Positions 1-13,727 of a stretch of 64,000 nt of DNA are shown piece by piece. The stretch is from Gekko japonicus (lineage: Eukaryota): NCBI RefSeq assembly GCF_001447785.1, contig NW_015161511.1:1-64000 (forward strand), written 5' to 3'. The stretch's first letter is position 1; every line of letters begins with the position of its first letter. The notes beneath the pieces were generated by a model. It did not search any database, was not told where the DNA came from, and was given only the letters and a program-made list of their open reading frames with translations. The position numbers were made by a program, and so were the translations under genes.

Positions 1-1558
1 ACAGCTTCATGACGTCAGCTCCCTCGTCGTGCCTTGGACTCTGGCTGCCTGGCTTGGCTTTAAACTTTCCTCAAGGCACCGCCATTTTTCAACTTTGTTT
101 ACTCTTTCAAACCGCTTCTCCCGGGCTCGAAGCACTCATCAATTCGCTTTTTGCACTCAAGTAAGTCTCTCAAAATACACATGCTGTCTTTTTTCTCCCA
201 CTCCTCCTTCGCTGTGATTTATCTGTCCATGCGCTTCAAAGGTGTCCCTCTTTCCTCCTGTGGCACTGATTTCCTCCTGTGGCCCTGTCATTTCCAACTT
301 CAGTCTGCTGCTGCGTACAGATATCACCTTCCACAGGTTGGGCTGTCCCAACTTGGGCTGCCCCAAACTGGCACCTATTCCGTCATTTCCAGCCCCAAAT
401 GGCTGTACAGGGATGTCACCCCCTATGGATTTCTGTACCAGCTTCTTCTCTCCCTTCTGGATAAAGTTCACAAGAGAAGAGAGTCCCTTGGAGACTGTGG
501 TCAGTTGTTTGTCCTTTCCTTCTCCACTTCTTCCACCTGGGCCAATAAGTTTTTCCTGTTCCTCCAGAGATTCATACATTCTCCTGTATTCAGCCATCAA
601 AGGTATGACACCCTCATCTACGTCCCTCCCTCAGAGGCAAGATTTTCCCTCCATTTTTCTTTCCCTTTTATGACTGAGATGCCCTAATCTGTTTTGTTCT
701 TTCCTGAAGAATTCTGGCTATCTCACCCTGTCACAGTGCAACATTTTGGCTGTTTACTCAGCCCAGGAACTTGAGAGAAGGAATAGGAGCCCCCTTTAAC
801 TTATACAACATAAATGGCTTTCGAGAAATTTTTATATTCAAAATTAACAAAATATTTTATTCAACATAGAGGGGAAAGGTGAGGTGAAATCAGGGGTAAA
901 ATTTCTGAGGTAACTCAATAGAGATAACTCAGACAAAATCAGTATATGCATAGACTTTAGTTCTTATGTTTCAGGCTGATGAGAGTTTCTTAAGCTTTTC
1001 ACAGTGACTTCAATCTTTATGTTGAGAGGCTTTTGTTTCAGTGTTTTCTCCAAACACTTCAGTACAATTTCTTTGAGTAGGTTCTAACTCTTTTGCTTTC
1101 CTGAAGGCTGGTAAACTCTTTCCAGTACCCAGCCCCCTTCTCTTGAAACACCAGTACTCATCTTGCGTTTTTAACTGATTCTAAAGTCTCTAAAGGCAGT
1201 TTCTAACCATACCAGACCAGGGATCTCTGTACTTGTCAGAGCTATCACCCTGTTCAGACTGGGCAGGGAAATTCATTCTCTCTCTAGAAGATCTATCCCC
1301 TTTCCTTGTCCCAAAAGGAAGTCTCCATCTAACTACCCACTAGTCCTTGCCAACTTTCCTCAGCTTCATGTCTGTGTTAAACTGCTCTCAGTCAGGGCTG
1401 AATTTCAAATGAATTCTCCTCCTCAGCATTCAACTCTAAAGTCTCTCCCTGCTCAGCTGATGTTAACCAACCAGATTGCTTGGAGCAACCTGTCACTCAA
1501 GGCTCTATATTCCTGTGAAGAATTAACCCTTCACAGTCGTTTAGCTGTTTGTACAACA
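1..1558 (-). mobile_element. Probable degenerate LTR retrotransposon (LTR ~731-1558 plus start of internal region, running off the left edge)
   Basis: On the minus strand an LTR-like TG...TGTGACA segment is followed by a PBS-like gggtgagatagccagaat and a 147-aa Gly/Glu/Lys-rich ORF (157-600). No diagnostic gag/pol motif or TSD seen. Confidence 0.3.
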
Positions 1559-2120
1559 CTTCTAAGTGCAGTTCATCACAGGATTGCATATCTGGATCTT
1601 GAACAAGGGTAACCTCCAGCTCCATCCTCTGGTAGTTCTGCTGCTACCATCTCTATTCCAACTAACCAAAACAACAACCACGTTACTCAACCTAGAGAGT
1701 GCACTGGCCACTTATGTGCAAAAGGCTTGATCCCATTCTGTCACCATGTCACAGACCCATGCCTGGGTTCCCTTGGGCCACCACTCTTTTTTACCTGAGC
1801 AGCACCCAGCCCTGTGGGTCCTTGAGGTTAAATGTACACAAATAAAGCAGACCTTTGTATAACTACATAAAGGTTTATTGAACAGTTAAAAGGGGGGGGG
1901 AATCACTATGCAGTACGGTCTCTATAACTTAGCAACATTTAGTACCTGGTATTAGATGGCACACCTTTTTGCAGCATAAGAAGCCAAGCTGTAGCCTAAA
2001 GCATTCTATACATTACAGTCCATCATGATGTAGCATGGCATATCAAAGCATACTAGCATGGCACAAGGATAAAGTTAGCATGGCTTCTTTTTGGCCTATG
2101 TCCTTATTATAGCTTTTTGT

Positions 2121-2667
2121 TAGGGTTGCCAAGTCCCTTTGTCACTCTGGCAGGGGGATTGGGGGTGGTGGTCTGGGATGTTCCCGATGTGATGACATCA
2201 CCTGGAAGCAGTGTTCCCTCTAAGCTGAGTTAGTGTGAGCTAGCTCACAGTTTTTTTAGGCTCCAGCTCACACATTATTGTCTTAGCTCAGGATGGATGG
2301 CTCCAGAGTAAACTAATTTATGCAGTAGCCAAATTGCTTGCTCACAACATTAACATCAGTAGCTCACAAAGTAGAATTGTTGCTCACAAGACTTCAGAGC
2401 TTAGAGGGAGCATTGCCTAGAAGTGATGTCATCATGCCAGGGGCATCGCACAGGGACATTCTGGTTTAAGGGCAAAACTCTATGGTAAAACCGGCATAAA
2501 ACCATAGAGTTTTGCCCTTAAACCAGAGTGTCCCTAGTGTTATGACATCACTTCTGGGTGACATCATCACATCGGGGAAGTCACGCAGGGACGTGGCTGT
2601 TTGGAGGTGGGGAGAAGCCCTAAAAACTGAGGGAACCCCCACCCCAACCTGAGGTCTGGCAAGTGTA
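2121..2667. mobile_element. Foldback non-autonomous DNA transposon (hAT Blackjack-like TAGGGTTGCCA end) with a nested MITE
   Basis: Starts TAGGGTTGCCA and ends ctggcaagtgta (decayed). Central near-perfect hairpin at 2452-2535; outer arms ttcccgatgtgatgacatcacc / gtgacatcatcacatcgggga. Confidence 0.6.
2209..2415 (-). mobile_element. hAT MITE family A (TIR CAGTGTTCCCTCTAAGCT), copy 1
   Basis: TIRs cagtgttccctctaagct / agcttagagggagcattg; 8-bp TSD CCTGGAAG/CCTAGAAG; inverted relative to the other copies. Confidence 0.85.
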
Positions 2668-4098
2668 CTTTTTGTCCTCTGATATCAGGTGGTCCTTGGG
2701 AGCCAATCAGGAATCCCTTTTGATGGAACTTTCCAGAGAACGTCAACATCTGCTCCTAATTCCTCCTCCCATCTGATTATACAGCTGAGCACAGTTTCTT
2801 ATGATTAACCGATTACTTCATTCTTAACTCTGGCCTTGAAAGAGATTAGGATGATATCTACAGGAAGTCCCAAACCATGGACACCTGTGAGGTGAAGCAG
2901 GTCTGCTAATAATCATGTTAACCCTTGAGGGAAATTAGGGTGCCTTGCCTCACACTTAGTCGCACCAATGTCTCTCAGCTTTCAAAGAACATCATGTTCT
3001 TCCTTTGTTTTTGTAACATGTTTATCTCTAGTTGATCATTTAAATGCCCATTTCTGAAAGAATTATGCTGCTGCATACGTATGTTCCTCAGCTCAGACAG
3101 CAGCTTCCTGAGCTTTTATCTATTTCCTGCAAGAAGACGTCCAGGTTCCACATGTGTCACTGAAGTCCATTTCCTTTGCTTCCTGTGACTGAACCACAGC
3201 TGTCTTTTAGTGACTTCATCCAAAACGAGTTGTTGTAAAACAAAGGAAAACATGTAGTTTGTGAACGAGACAGGCTGTTATCTTCCACTTAATGATGAAA
3301 TACCTATGTTGCACAATGAACAAATAAAAAAAACCCCTTGAAGCCGATTTTACTTTATTCAAACAGTCTCTCTGGTAACTGGCACATCTTGATCTGGTCA
3401 TCTGTCGATTTTTATGTGTATCCAGACCAGAGGTGAAAGTAATTTAAATTTCTTACTGGTAGTCTCTCAAAAAGTTCAAAGCAGAAGTTTAAGAAAAACC
3501 ACTTTGTCCAATTTCCTACCATTACCCTGGACCAGCTTGTACTAGCATACTTTCACCCCTGTATCAGAAAATTGCATTAAAGACCAAAGTTACAGAATTA
3601 TGCATTACTAAATGGAACACTTCTTAATAGCAGCAAGGTGTGTAATCACCATACCAATGTCTGTCTCAAACCTTTGGACATAGGGTGCTCTAGCATGCCT
3701 AACTCTTTGTGGAATCAGACCCTGCTAGAAGAAAGTCTACACAAAGTTTAGCAGAGTTCCATTTTTATGTGGATTTTCAGCTGTCTCAACACAGAGTAAC
3801 ACACGTTCTATTTTGGTTGTCACAGATGCAAATATAGTTTTCATGACTTTTATCAATCTGTGTGTAGAGTGTAAGCCAAATTATACCATCCTACTGTGGG
3901 ATCCACATTGATTTATTCACATATCCACATGTGTAAAGTGTCTGTGTGGGGAGGAAACATTAAAGCTGGGCTATGGGAAAGTGTTGCATAGCAAGGTAAA
4001 CACAATTATGGAACAAACTCCCCAGGGTGGAATGCCTGGCCCCCTCATTTTCAAAGCAACTGAAGACAGTTTATTTAGGACTGCATTTGACTAATTTA

Positions 4099-4529
4099 GG
4101 TCCTGTCCATATGAGGCCTTTTGGGCCGGGAGCGGGACGGAACGGGGGCAGAGCAAACGGGCGCGATCCCACCGCAACATCTGGGAAGCGTACCGTCTCC
4201 CTCCCTGATCCGGCCCTTCCAGCGCTGCTCCGCACCCAAAAAACCCCACCTACCGAGGTGGTTCTTTTCGATGGGCCGCAGCAACGCTGACCGTGGGATC
4301 GCCAGCGCAAGGATGCCCAGCTCCTGGCCGAACTGCGCATGTGTGAGCACGCGCCATTCGCCAGGCTCCCCTCCCCACCGTCGCTTTCTCCCCGGCATCT
4401 GATCGTGCCGGGGAGCGATGGCGCCACAGCTCGGGGGATCCGTGAGATCCCGCCGCACCGTCTCAACTTTGCTGCGGCTCACATTAGCCGCAGTTCGAGC
4501 GTCCTTTTCCCTGCCGTGTGGCAGGGACC
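4099..4529. mobile_element. PIF/Harbinger-type MITE, CpG-rich
   Basis: Imperfect TIRs GGTCCTGTCCATATG / CGTGTGGCAGGGACC; 3-bp TSD TTA at 4096-4098 and 4530-4532. Confidence 0.75.
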
Positions 4530-5199
4530 TTAGTTTGTCTTTATTGGTAGTCTTAATTTATGTGTTCTATAACTGTTCTATTTATATTGTAAGCCTCCTT
4601 GAGTGCCACAAGGTAGAAAGGCAGCTAATACATGTCTTAAATAATAGTAATACTAAACAATAAACAGGGTGATGAGAGGACATGCTTTATCTTCCTTCAT
4701 CTGCCCACTGTATTTTCTGTGAAAAGTAGATCTCCTCCGTGTACTGCTTTACACATGATCCCTTTCACATCTAACTTGGCCCTCAGATATTGAATTGGTG
4801 CATCTGATCATGCTCCAAGTCCTAATGGTGTTCAGTCCATGCTGGCTCCTTGCTTTCTTATACAACTGAGTATAGGTAGGGAAGAAGAGAAGACAGGTCA
4901 TGTAGTGGCTACAGTGGAGGTTTCTGCTGGGAGAGGTAGGGAATCCTTCCAGCAAACAATTAAATATTCGCAGGGAGGAGGGCTGAGTGCCAAGCTTAAA
5001 TATTTTGGCTCTTGGTGTGAAAAGTCAAAGCAACTCTCAGATTCTACCAACTTCTTTCAGTGATCTATACATATGCAAACTGGAGGTAATAAAATAGTCA
5101 CCATTTGTGGAATCTGCTGTCTGAAGCAACTGCTTTCTATAGTTTCACAGCAAAGCCAGACCAGCTGATTCTGGCTTCTGCTCGAGACCCTAGAGAGCT

Positions 5200-5368
5200 A
5201 TGGTCAGAAGAACACTGGGCTATTCTGACTGGCAGCCGCTCTCCAGAGTCTCAACAAGTACAGGCTTTTTACATCACTTGATCCGTTTAACCAAAAAATA
5301 TTGGAGACTCAACCTGGGTTCTTACATGGACAAAAACAGATGTTTTGCCACGGACCCTTGGCCCCTCC
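5200..5368 (-). mobile_element. tRNA-derived SINE with CR1-like tail (Squam2-like), decayed
   Basis: gactggcagccgctctccag...aacctggg...cccctcc; same family as 5843, 33217 and 61407. Confidence 0.55.
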
Positions 5369-5554
5369 ACAGTCTACTCCATTGCAGAGAATGAGCTACT
5401 TCTTCTTTTTGCATGAAAAAACTGTTCAGAATTTTTAAAAGCTTGCACAAATGCCACTCCATCTGTTTTATGTTCCTCTCATCCCCACTGCCTCACTCAG
5501 ATCTGCCTAACTGAAGGAAACTATGCATCTTTCCACTTTTGCAACTGAACCAAT

Positions 5555-5839
5555 GAAGAAGAAGAAGAAGAGGAGGAGATTGGATTTAAACCCCGCCCTT
5601 CACTTGGAGTCTCAGAGCAGCTTACAAACTCCCTTCCCCTCCCCACAACAGACACCCTGTGAGGTGGGTGGGGCTGAGAGAGCTCTGACACAAACTGCTC
5701 TTTTTCGAGGACAGCTGTGCCAGAGCTTGTGACTGACCCAAGGTCACATCAGCAGGTGCAAGTGGCGGAGTGGGGAATCAATCCCGGTTCTCCCAGATTA
5801 GAATCCAGTGCACTTAACCACTACACCAAACTGGCTCTC
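5555..5839 (-). mobile_element. Squam3-like tRNA/CORE SINE with (TTC)n tail
   Basis: Minus strand reads GAGAGCCAGTTTGGTGTAGTGGTTAAG (A box)...GGGATTGATTCCCCAC (B box)...CCTCACAGGGTGTCTGTTGTGGGG...AAATCCAATCT then a CTT-rich tail. Confidence 0.85.
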
Positions 5840-5842
5840 TAC

Positions 5843-6006
5843 TGCTGCCCTACACTGAATCGGACCCATGGGCTATCAAAGTCAGTACTGTCTGCTCAGA
5901 CTGGCAGCAACTCTCCAGGGTCATAGGCTGAGGTGACTGTCTTTCACATCACTCACTGCCTGCTCCTTTTTAACTGGCAATGCTGGGGATTCAGGACCTT
6001 CTGCAA
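5843..6006 (-). mobile_element. Squam2-like SINE fragment
   Basis: gctgccctacactgaatcggaccc...aaagtcagta...gactggcagcaactctccaggg shared with the 33217 and 61407 copies. Confidence 0.6.
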
Positions 6007-6039
6007 TCTGCATCCTAGGGAACGTCCCCCAACCCCCCA

Positions 6040-6828
<789 letters not shown>

Positions 6829-6940
6829 TGATTTGAGTTTGGGCTTAGTTCCAAGAAGGCAAGCAAGCAATGCCTCTGAGCATCTACAGAGTTCTGACTG
6901 CTGATTTTTATCCCCCCCACTTCTTCGCACTTTTTTTATT

Positions 6941-7128
6941 TTTTGCCGTAAAGTCACAGCTCACTTATGGCGACCCCATAGGGTTTTCAGGGCAAGAGGT
7001 GTGTCAGAGTTGGTTTGCCATTGCCTGCCTCTGCGTGGCAACCCTGGTATTCCTTGGAGGTTTCCCATCCAAATAATGACCAGGTTGGACCCTGCTTAGC
7101 TTCCAAAATCTAATGAGACTGGGCTATC
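6941..7128 (-). mobile_element. 5S rRNA-derived SINE (5S-Sauria-like)
   Basis: Minus strand reads GCCCAGTCTCATTAGATTTTGGAAGCTAAGCAGGGTC...TTTGGATGGGAAACCTCCAAGGAATACCAGGG (5S body), then GGCAATGGCAAACC...GGGTCGCCATAAGT (RTE-type tail). Confidence 0.8.
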
Positions 7129-8348
7129 ACTTTTCTCTCCTGTTCACTGGGGGGGTTGTGACTTGTCTTTAAAAGCATAAAAGTACAGCGTATGATACGA
7201 AGTCTAAACCCCTCTGCCAAAAAACAACCAGAAGTTGTAAAACTGTAGGAGCCAACTAGTTAAAGAACAAGTATTAAGGCGTTTCACTAGACTAGTAGCT
7301 CCATAGTCCAGCAGGAAGAGATCTCAGAAACCTGCACATCTTCAGCAGCTGAGGGGAAACCACCACAGGGATGGTGCTTTATGAAATTTGGTGGGAGGCC
7401 AGTCCAGAGCCATGGAAAAGACCCAACTTGTGGCCACCCATTTTGTATTAAGCAAGAGGGGCATTCTGTAGGATGTATACAGTCAAAAAGCCTTTTTTGT
7501 TACCTGTATATACTTGTGTTTCTAAGGTGTACCTACAAAACATTTTATCTGGACACCTGCTAAAAAAACAACTGCGCTAGTATGTGAAATAGCCCTTAAT
7601 TATCACAATGAAGTGTTTGTGATCTGACATTGTAGAGAAGGATATTTAGATCACAAGTTTTTGATTTCCCGATAGATATGCCCTGGCATCTCTTAATAAA
7701 CTGACCGTTTAAAGCAAGCCCTACTTTTAAAATTAACAGATGGCAGCTGCCCCTAGGGGGCCGTGTAACTTTGAATCTACTGTGGAGCTGCATGCTGAAC
7801 AAATTCACTGTTTCCTTGATACTGTTACGTAGCTTTGTGTGGATGTGAAATGGTGAGGGAACCTTTGGCCAGAGACCTAAAGATGAAAAATATTATCCCT
7901 TTTCTCACATCTGTTTGCCTTCAAGAACAGTGTTGTTGATACTGTTAATATGCTGTCACTTCAGATCCTAGCCAAAAATGTGATCAGCATGCTCTGAAAG
8001 TCTGTGCTTCAACTTTCATGAGCTGCAACTAATTCCCTTTGGCTTCAAGCTGACATTTGCATTATGAGTATAATTGTACGGTCCTGCCTTTTAGGGCAAT
8101 TCTAGGGCTTACAGAAACAATACGAACTCAAGAAAATGTGGGCAGCGGTGCTGGTCCATTACGAGGGAAAATCTGGAAACAATAGTGATATGATTTTTAT
8201 TAGGACCAACCAAAATGTTGCCAATTAGTGAGCGAATTTTCACATTACCTAGAACTTTTCGTCTATCATTTTGTGTGCTTGGCATGAGCAGTAGGAACGT
8301 TACATTGGTTTTCAGGAGAATGTCATTTCCTGCCCTTTAGTGAACTAA

Positions 8349-8869
8349 GGCCCCGGTCACACGGGCCGGATATCGTGGGGAGGAGGCGTGGCTAATTGTC
8401 CCAGAGGAAACTAATGCGCAGCTGCCCGAGCACACGTCCCGGTTGAGGTCCCGTGGTTCGGGGGAAATGCCGATCAGACGGGTATCCTGTAGCACGGCAC
8501 AGAAGCCACGGAAATGCCGATCAAACGGGTATCCTGCACAGAAGCTGCGCGGCGCGATTGCACTAGCAATCACTCTTTGTGCGCATGCGCTGTTGGGCGC
8601 TGTTGGCGCTACCTGCGAAGACGAACAGCGGCGGGCACCGGATGTCACGTCAGTCCACCGGGAACGCGATCAGACATCCGCCCTTGTCCTGTGGTTTTAG
8701 GAAACTAGTACCTCGTAGGTACTAGTTTTTAACTCCGCACCTTCGGCGGGGAGCCACGGGTTCGCCACGGGAGCACTGCGCTTCCCAGATGTTGGAGTGA
8801 GATCACGCCCGGAAAATCCGCAGGACTCCCGTGCCTCTCCCGCGGCAACTTTGCCGTGTGACCAGGGCC
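8349..8869. mobile_element. PIF/Harbinger-type MITE, CpG-rich
   Basis: TIRs GGCCCCGGTCACACGG / CCGTGTGACCAGGGCC; TSD TAA at 8346-8348 and 8870-8872. Confidence 0.85.
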
Positions 8870-9105
8870 TAACATGGTAATAGGAAGCTACTTTGGTTAA
8901 GCAGAAATATACACTGGGGCTTTTAGTTGTCCCCAAGGGCTTGGACATAGTGTTTCATTTGTTTTTCCCCCTTTGAGAAAAACAGCAGGTCCCAAGGCCA
9001 TATCACAAACAGTCCTTCAATTCTTTCCCTTTCAAAGGAGACTTGCCATGGAACACAAAGGCTCCTTGGGTGTGCAGGATGACTTGAATTTTCTCTGAAT
9101 GTAGA

Positions 9106-9462
9106 CAGGCCCATAGCCAGGATTTTGTGGCTTGTGGGGGCAAAAAATGTTCTGGTGGGGCTGCCATTATTTTTATGTCAGCTCCAATCTGCCCCTAAGC
9201 CTGACGACTCGAGGCCACCCCCTCCCTCCCCTCCTGCAAGATTTAAAGGGCCCTTCAGCTGATCGTTGAGGAGCAAATGGCCTGTTGATCAGCTGGAGGG
9301 CCCTTTAAATCTTGCGGGAGGTAGAGGGGCACACCCCCCACTTCTTCTCAAAAGTATTTAAAGGAACTTCTTCTTTAAAATCTTCTCAATTTTTTTTTGT
9401 GGGGCTGGCCCTTTAAGGAAGGGAGTAGAGCCCCCAATAGCCCCACTGTAGCTACAGGCCAG
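9106..9462. mobile_element. hAT MITE with internal hairpin
   Basis: TIRs CAGGCCCATAGC / GCTACAGGCCAG; 8-bp TSD AATGTAGA on both sides; internal palindrome gcaagatttaaagggccct...agggccctttaaatcttgc. Confidence 0.75.
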
Positions 9463-11036
9463 AATGTAGACCTGTGAGGGTTACGTAGGTTGCTGCTGTT
9501 TTATCTGAGACCTGGCTGGCATTTGCGAATGAAACACCTCTCCTGTGGTAGCAAAGATAACATGTAATTCAAAGAAAGCAGCTCGGCAAGCCAGAAAACC
9601 TTTTTAAAGACTACTGATAGGATCTGAAGTATGTGTTCAAAAGGCACTTTTTACTAGTCTTTTCCAAATTAAATTCTCTCTCTCTTTCTTGTCCTTCTTT
9701 CTTTATTTTCTTTTAGAAATAAGTTTCTCAAACTAAGGGATGTAGTTTAATGCCTTAGTTCTTCTTGAAATGCTATTCTGGCTGGAATCCATTTTTCATT
9801 CTTCCTCAGGAGTAAGTGTTGATAGTTGCAGATTACACAGAAATCTACTTTCAACATGTGGTTATAAAAATTAACTGTTCTGCTCCAGAAATAGGAATTT
9901 GTCTATAGTGGGTTGTTGTTTCCCACTTTTGACTTCCCTTTTTAGATATGAGTTAATTGATGACTTGATGGGAGTTATTTTCCCCAGGATTGTTTTTGGA
10001 TATAGATTGACATTTGTTGTACATTTGACACTGGAGAATGAACAGGTTTTTTTCTAGAGTGAATGGTTAAGTTAAAATGGAAATGCTGACTAATATTTAA
10101 TAGAGCATATACACATATAAAATGGGATAGATGAGCTTTGAAAATCAAGGATGGCCTTTAGCAGAAACAATGTTCTGTTAGCACTTGTTTCATTATCCCA
10201 CGAAAACCTCTTTAAAATTCTACAGTAATGTAAAGGACTATGAAGTAATACATGCCTCCTTAATGAGGGAAGGAATGTTTAAAGGTAATCAAGCTATTTG
10301 GTTCTCTGTGGAGCTAGGCTTAATGATTAGGTACATAACGCTTCTTTGTTTTGAATTAAATTTCTAGAGGCGAGAATGATTTATGCCATGCTGGCACACC
10401 CAAGTTAAATACTCTGAAGCTGTCTGTCTCCTTATTCTTTTGGAGGAAGTTCTAATGACTGATAAGCAGCCTTTGAATTGGCTTCTCAGAGCTCATAAAT
10501 ATGCACAGCATGTGAACACTAAATATGGCCATTTCAAGATGTGATTAAAAGCCGTTTTCTCCTTGCAGTATCTGGTGGGACGGTGCTGCCAACGAAGTAA
10601 TATTAAAGCATCTTAGGACTGATGCAAGATGTTTTTCTGCAACTAATTAAATTCACAATGTGAATCAGATACATTCAGGGTTCATGTGAGTGTGGGGCAG
10701 CATGTGGTTAGTATTTGTAGAGGGCTGCAGTGTGTGTCCTCCTGTTTCGTGTATTCTGAAGAGGTTCTTCAAAAGGGGTATTCCAGAGAGGTTCTTCAAA
10801 AGGCCTCAAAGCATCCAGACATTCACGGGACTTAGAATGTCCTTTCCAGTATTTACCATTAATTTTAGTAGAATGTTTTGGAGAAGCAAATAAAATAATA
10901 GTCAAAGGTTCTGCAAGTTGCCAGTGAAGAGTACTTAATGTTCTCAGCGTTATCAGGCAAATTCGTTTTAATGTGGCGTTGTGGAAATGCAATTTTCTGC
11001 TTCTGCAGGAATTGCCCTTCTAAATGCAATGTGAAT

Positions 11037-11661
11037 TTGTTGTTGTTCAGTCGCACAGTCGAGTCCGACTCTTGACAACCCCATGGACCACATCCCACCA
11101 GGCCCTCCTGCTTTCTGCTGTCCTCTGGAGTTTGCTCAATTTCATGTTCATTGCATCAATAACACTGTCTGACCATCTCATCCTTTGCTGTCCCCGTCTT
11201 CTTTTACCTTCAGTCTTTCCCAGCATCAAGGTCTTCTCCAGTGAGTGCTCCCTTCTCGTTTGGTGGCCAAAGTATTTGAGCTTCAGTTTCATTATCTGGC
11301 CTTCCAGGGAACAGTCAGGGTTGATTTCTTTTAGGATTGACTGATTTGATCTCCTTGCAGTCCAAGGGACCCTCAAGAGTCTTCTCCAGCACCATAGTTC
11401 AAAAGCATCTGTTCTTTGGCACTCAGCCTTCCTTATGGTCCAACTCTCGCAGCCATACAGTACTACTGGGAATACCATCGCTTTGACCATATGGACTTTA
11501 GTTGGCAGGGTGATGTCTCTGCTTTTTATTATGTTGTCTAGGTTAGCTATAGCTTTCCTCCCAAGGAGCAGGGTTTTTTTTAATTTCATGGCTGCGGTCA
11601 CCATCTGCAGTGATCTTGGAGCCCAGGAACATGTATTCTGTTACTGCTTCCATGACTTCCC
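11037..11661 (-). mobile_element. BovB (RTE) LINE, 5'-truncated copy
   Basis: ORF 11047-11604 LLLGRKA..NLD.IIKSRDITLPTKV..VKAMVFPVV.YGCESWT...FELWCWRRLLRVPWTARRSNQSILKEINP is the BovB C-terminus; (CAA)n tail; TSD TGTGAAT at 11030-11036 and 11662-11668. Confidence 0.95.
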
Positions 11662-11849
11662 TGTGAATAGGGTGCAGCTGTTGCCCCATAGACTCCCTCC
11701 AACTGAGACCTGTGTCTTTTCCTTCTAAAGTCAGAGGTGTGGATGAATCCATTCATTTAATATCCACTTAAAAAGACAGGGTGTCTCAATCAAGGCATAT
11801 ATTTCACCAAGTGCTTTCAAGAGGAAGTTACTTAACTGTCAGAATTCTC

Positions 11850-12850
11850 CTGGTGAACATTAATCAAGGATCTTTTGTGTGACCCTCCAAATCTCCTCAC
11901 ACGTGTGGCCATGAGTAATGACTTGAGATTGCAGGACAATAACCAGACTTCTCAGAATCTCCTTCACAATAGAAACTTCCTTGGTAATTCCATCATAAAC
12001 CTAGGAAGGGCTATCAACCACTGTCAGCAAGTCTGAGTCACACCTGTTACCACTCTTTGTTGTATTGAGTTGGGCATCAAGTTTGTGGACATGGGGGCTG
12101 TTGAGCCACACTGAAGCACCATATTCTGCAGTACTATACACGAACCGCAGAGCTGAGCATCTAAGAGTTGTAGCAGATGCACCTCAAATTGTACCACATA
12201 ATTTTTAGAGAATGTTGTTGTGTGTGCGTATTTTTGTTGCTACATTGGTTAAAATGGTGTTTATAGCTCAAGGTGCTGTCTAGGGTAATGCCAAGGTACT
12301 TAGGTGCATGGATGGCAAGATTGTTTCTGAGATGGAAACAGGAGCATTCTGTTTTTCCTGGACTTGGGATAAGCTGCCATTTACGGTAGTAGTCAGCCAA
12401 AACCTTGAGGTCCCTGGTCAATATTTCCTCAGTCCTTTCAATTAATTTGTGCCTCACTGCAGTTTCTATGTAATTGGCATAAGCAAACTTCCTGGATACC
12501 ATCTCAGGAACATCAGAGATGTATAGATTGAAAAGAACAGGAGTGAGGACAGAGCCCTGGGTAGACTGTTGTTCAGTTCCTTCTGCTTGCTGATTGACCC
12601 ATAATTACTTGGAAAGTTCTATCATTCAGCATGTTATTTAGGAGTTGAAATAATGTTCTGCAGGGGGAAACTTGTAAAAACTTGTACAGCAGACTATCCC
12701 TCCAGACTGTTAGATCGACGAAAACTGCTGATGTCTTAAGACACTTCTGATACCTGCCTCAATGAAAGTTGTTAAGCTGATGTCTTCACAACTATGATGG
12801 GGTCTAAATCCTGCTTGCTCTATAATACCAAAATACCAGGACCCGAATGC
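11850..12850 (-). mobile_element. Decayed Vingi/Ingi-like LINE reverse-transcriptase region
   Basis: Minus-strand pieces QAGFRPHHSCED; FAYAN (decayed YADD); PKYLGITLDSTLSYKHH; NNIL*KLCGT.*GASATTLRCSAL..VYSTAEY.ASVW. Contains stops and frameshifts; boundaries approximate. Confidence 0.7.
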
Positions 12851-13727
12851 GATTGTGGTGCAGCCGGCCAAACAATTTTCTATCTGTGAGCATCATGCTT
12901 TCCAGGGAGATGTGATGGAGCTCTTTGAACTCTCCCCAGCTATGATTGAGTAGATTGAAAATTTAGATATTAGCATTTAGGGGGATTGTCCAATTATTCC
13001 TGTTGTATCAACTTGGTTATGTGTTCTATATTGTTATATGCTTCCTGTGTATACGATAATAAATAACATGTTCCCACTGCTATTTCAGCTGTCTGCAACC
13101 AGACACATCTCCTGGTCTCATTACATCACCCTGGTCCTCTTTCCTGGTGTACTCATTTACAGTAAAAAGTTTGAAATGACACTCTGGATTTTGAACCTTT
13201 CACCCATGTAGTCTCAGATCTTAAAGTTGCACTAACCACAGTGCAGCCCAGATTCTGCCTGAGGGCACCCAGAGCCTGTGTTTTTGGCCTAGTGCTATCG
13301 TGGATCCCAATTCTGCACCAAATTTGGCTAAGAGCAGTGTTTCCCTTTAGACCAGGTAAATCCAGATGTGGAAGAAAGCCATGTCAAGTCCTCCATTTTT
13401 TTTTGTTCTGGATTTTCTTCTTTTCCTTTTCCCATTCTGCTTTCACACCTGAGTTAAACCCTCCATGTCTTTCTACCCACTTCCTAGCTTCTCTATTACT
13501 TGTTTTCCATTTGTTTGTATGATCATCTCACATAACATGCCACACCCAGTGAGGGATTCCTACCTTCCTGCCTAAAAATTGTTCTCTGTTTATGCCTCTG
13601 CATCTTTGGATCCCTTTTGGGGCAGCCCATCACCCAAGTCTTCTCTTTGGGTCGGTTTCTCTTGACTAGCTAGGTGGGAGGAACATAGTTTGGGTTAAAA
13701 TTGGTTATTTAGTGTAAAGTAATATAC

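Noticed and set aside
5770-5839. tRNA gene
   Set aside because: The A and B boxes are the head of a Squam3-like SINE; no cloverleaf evident.
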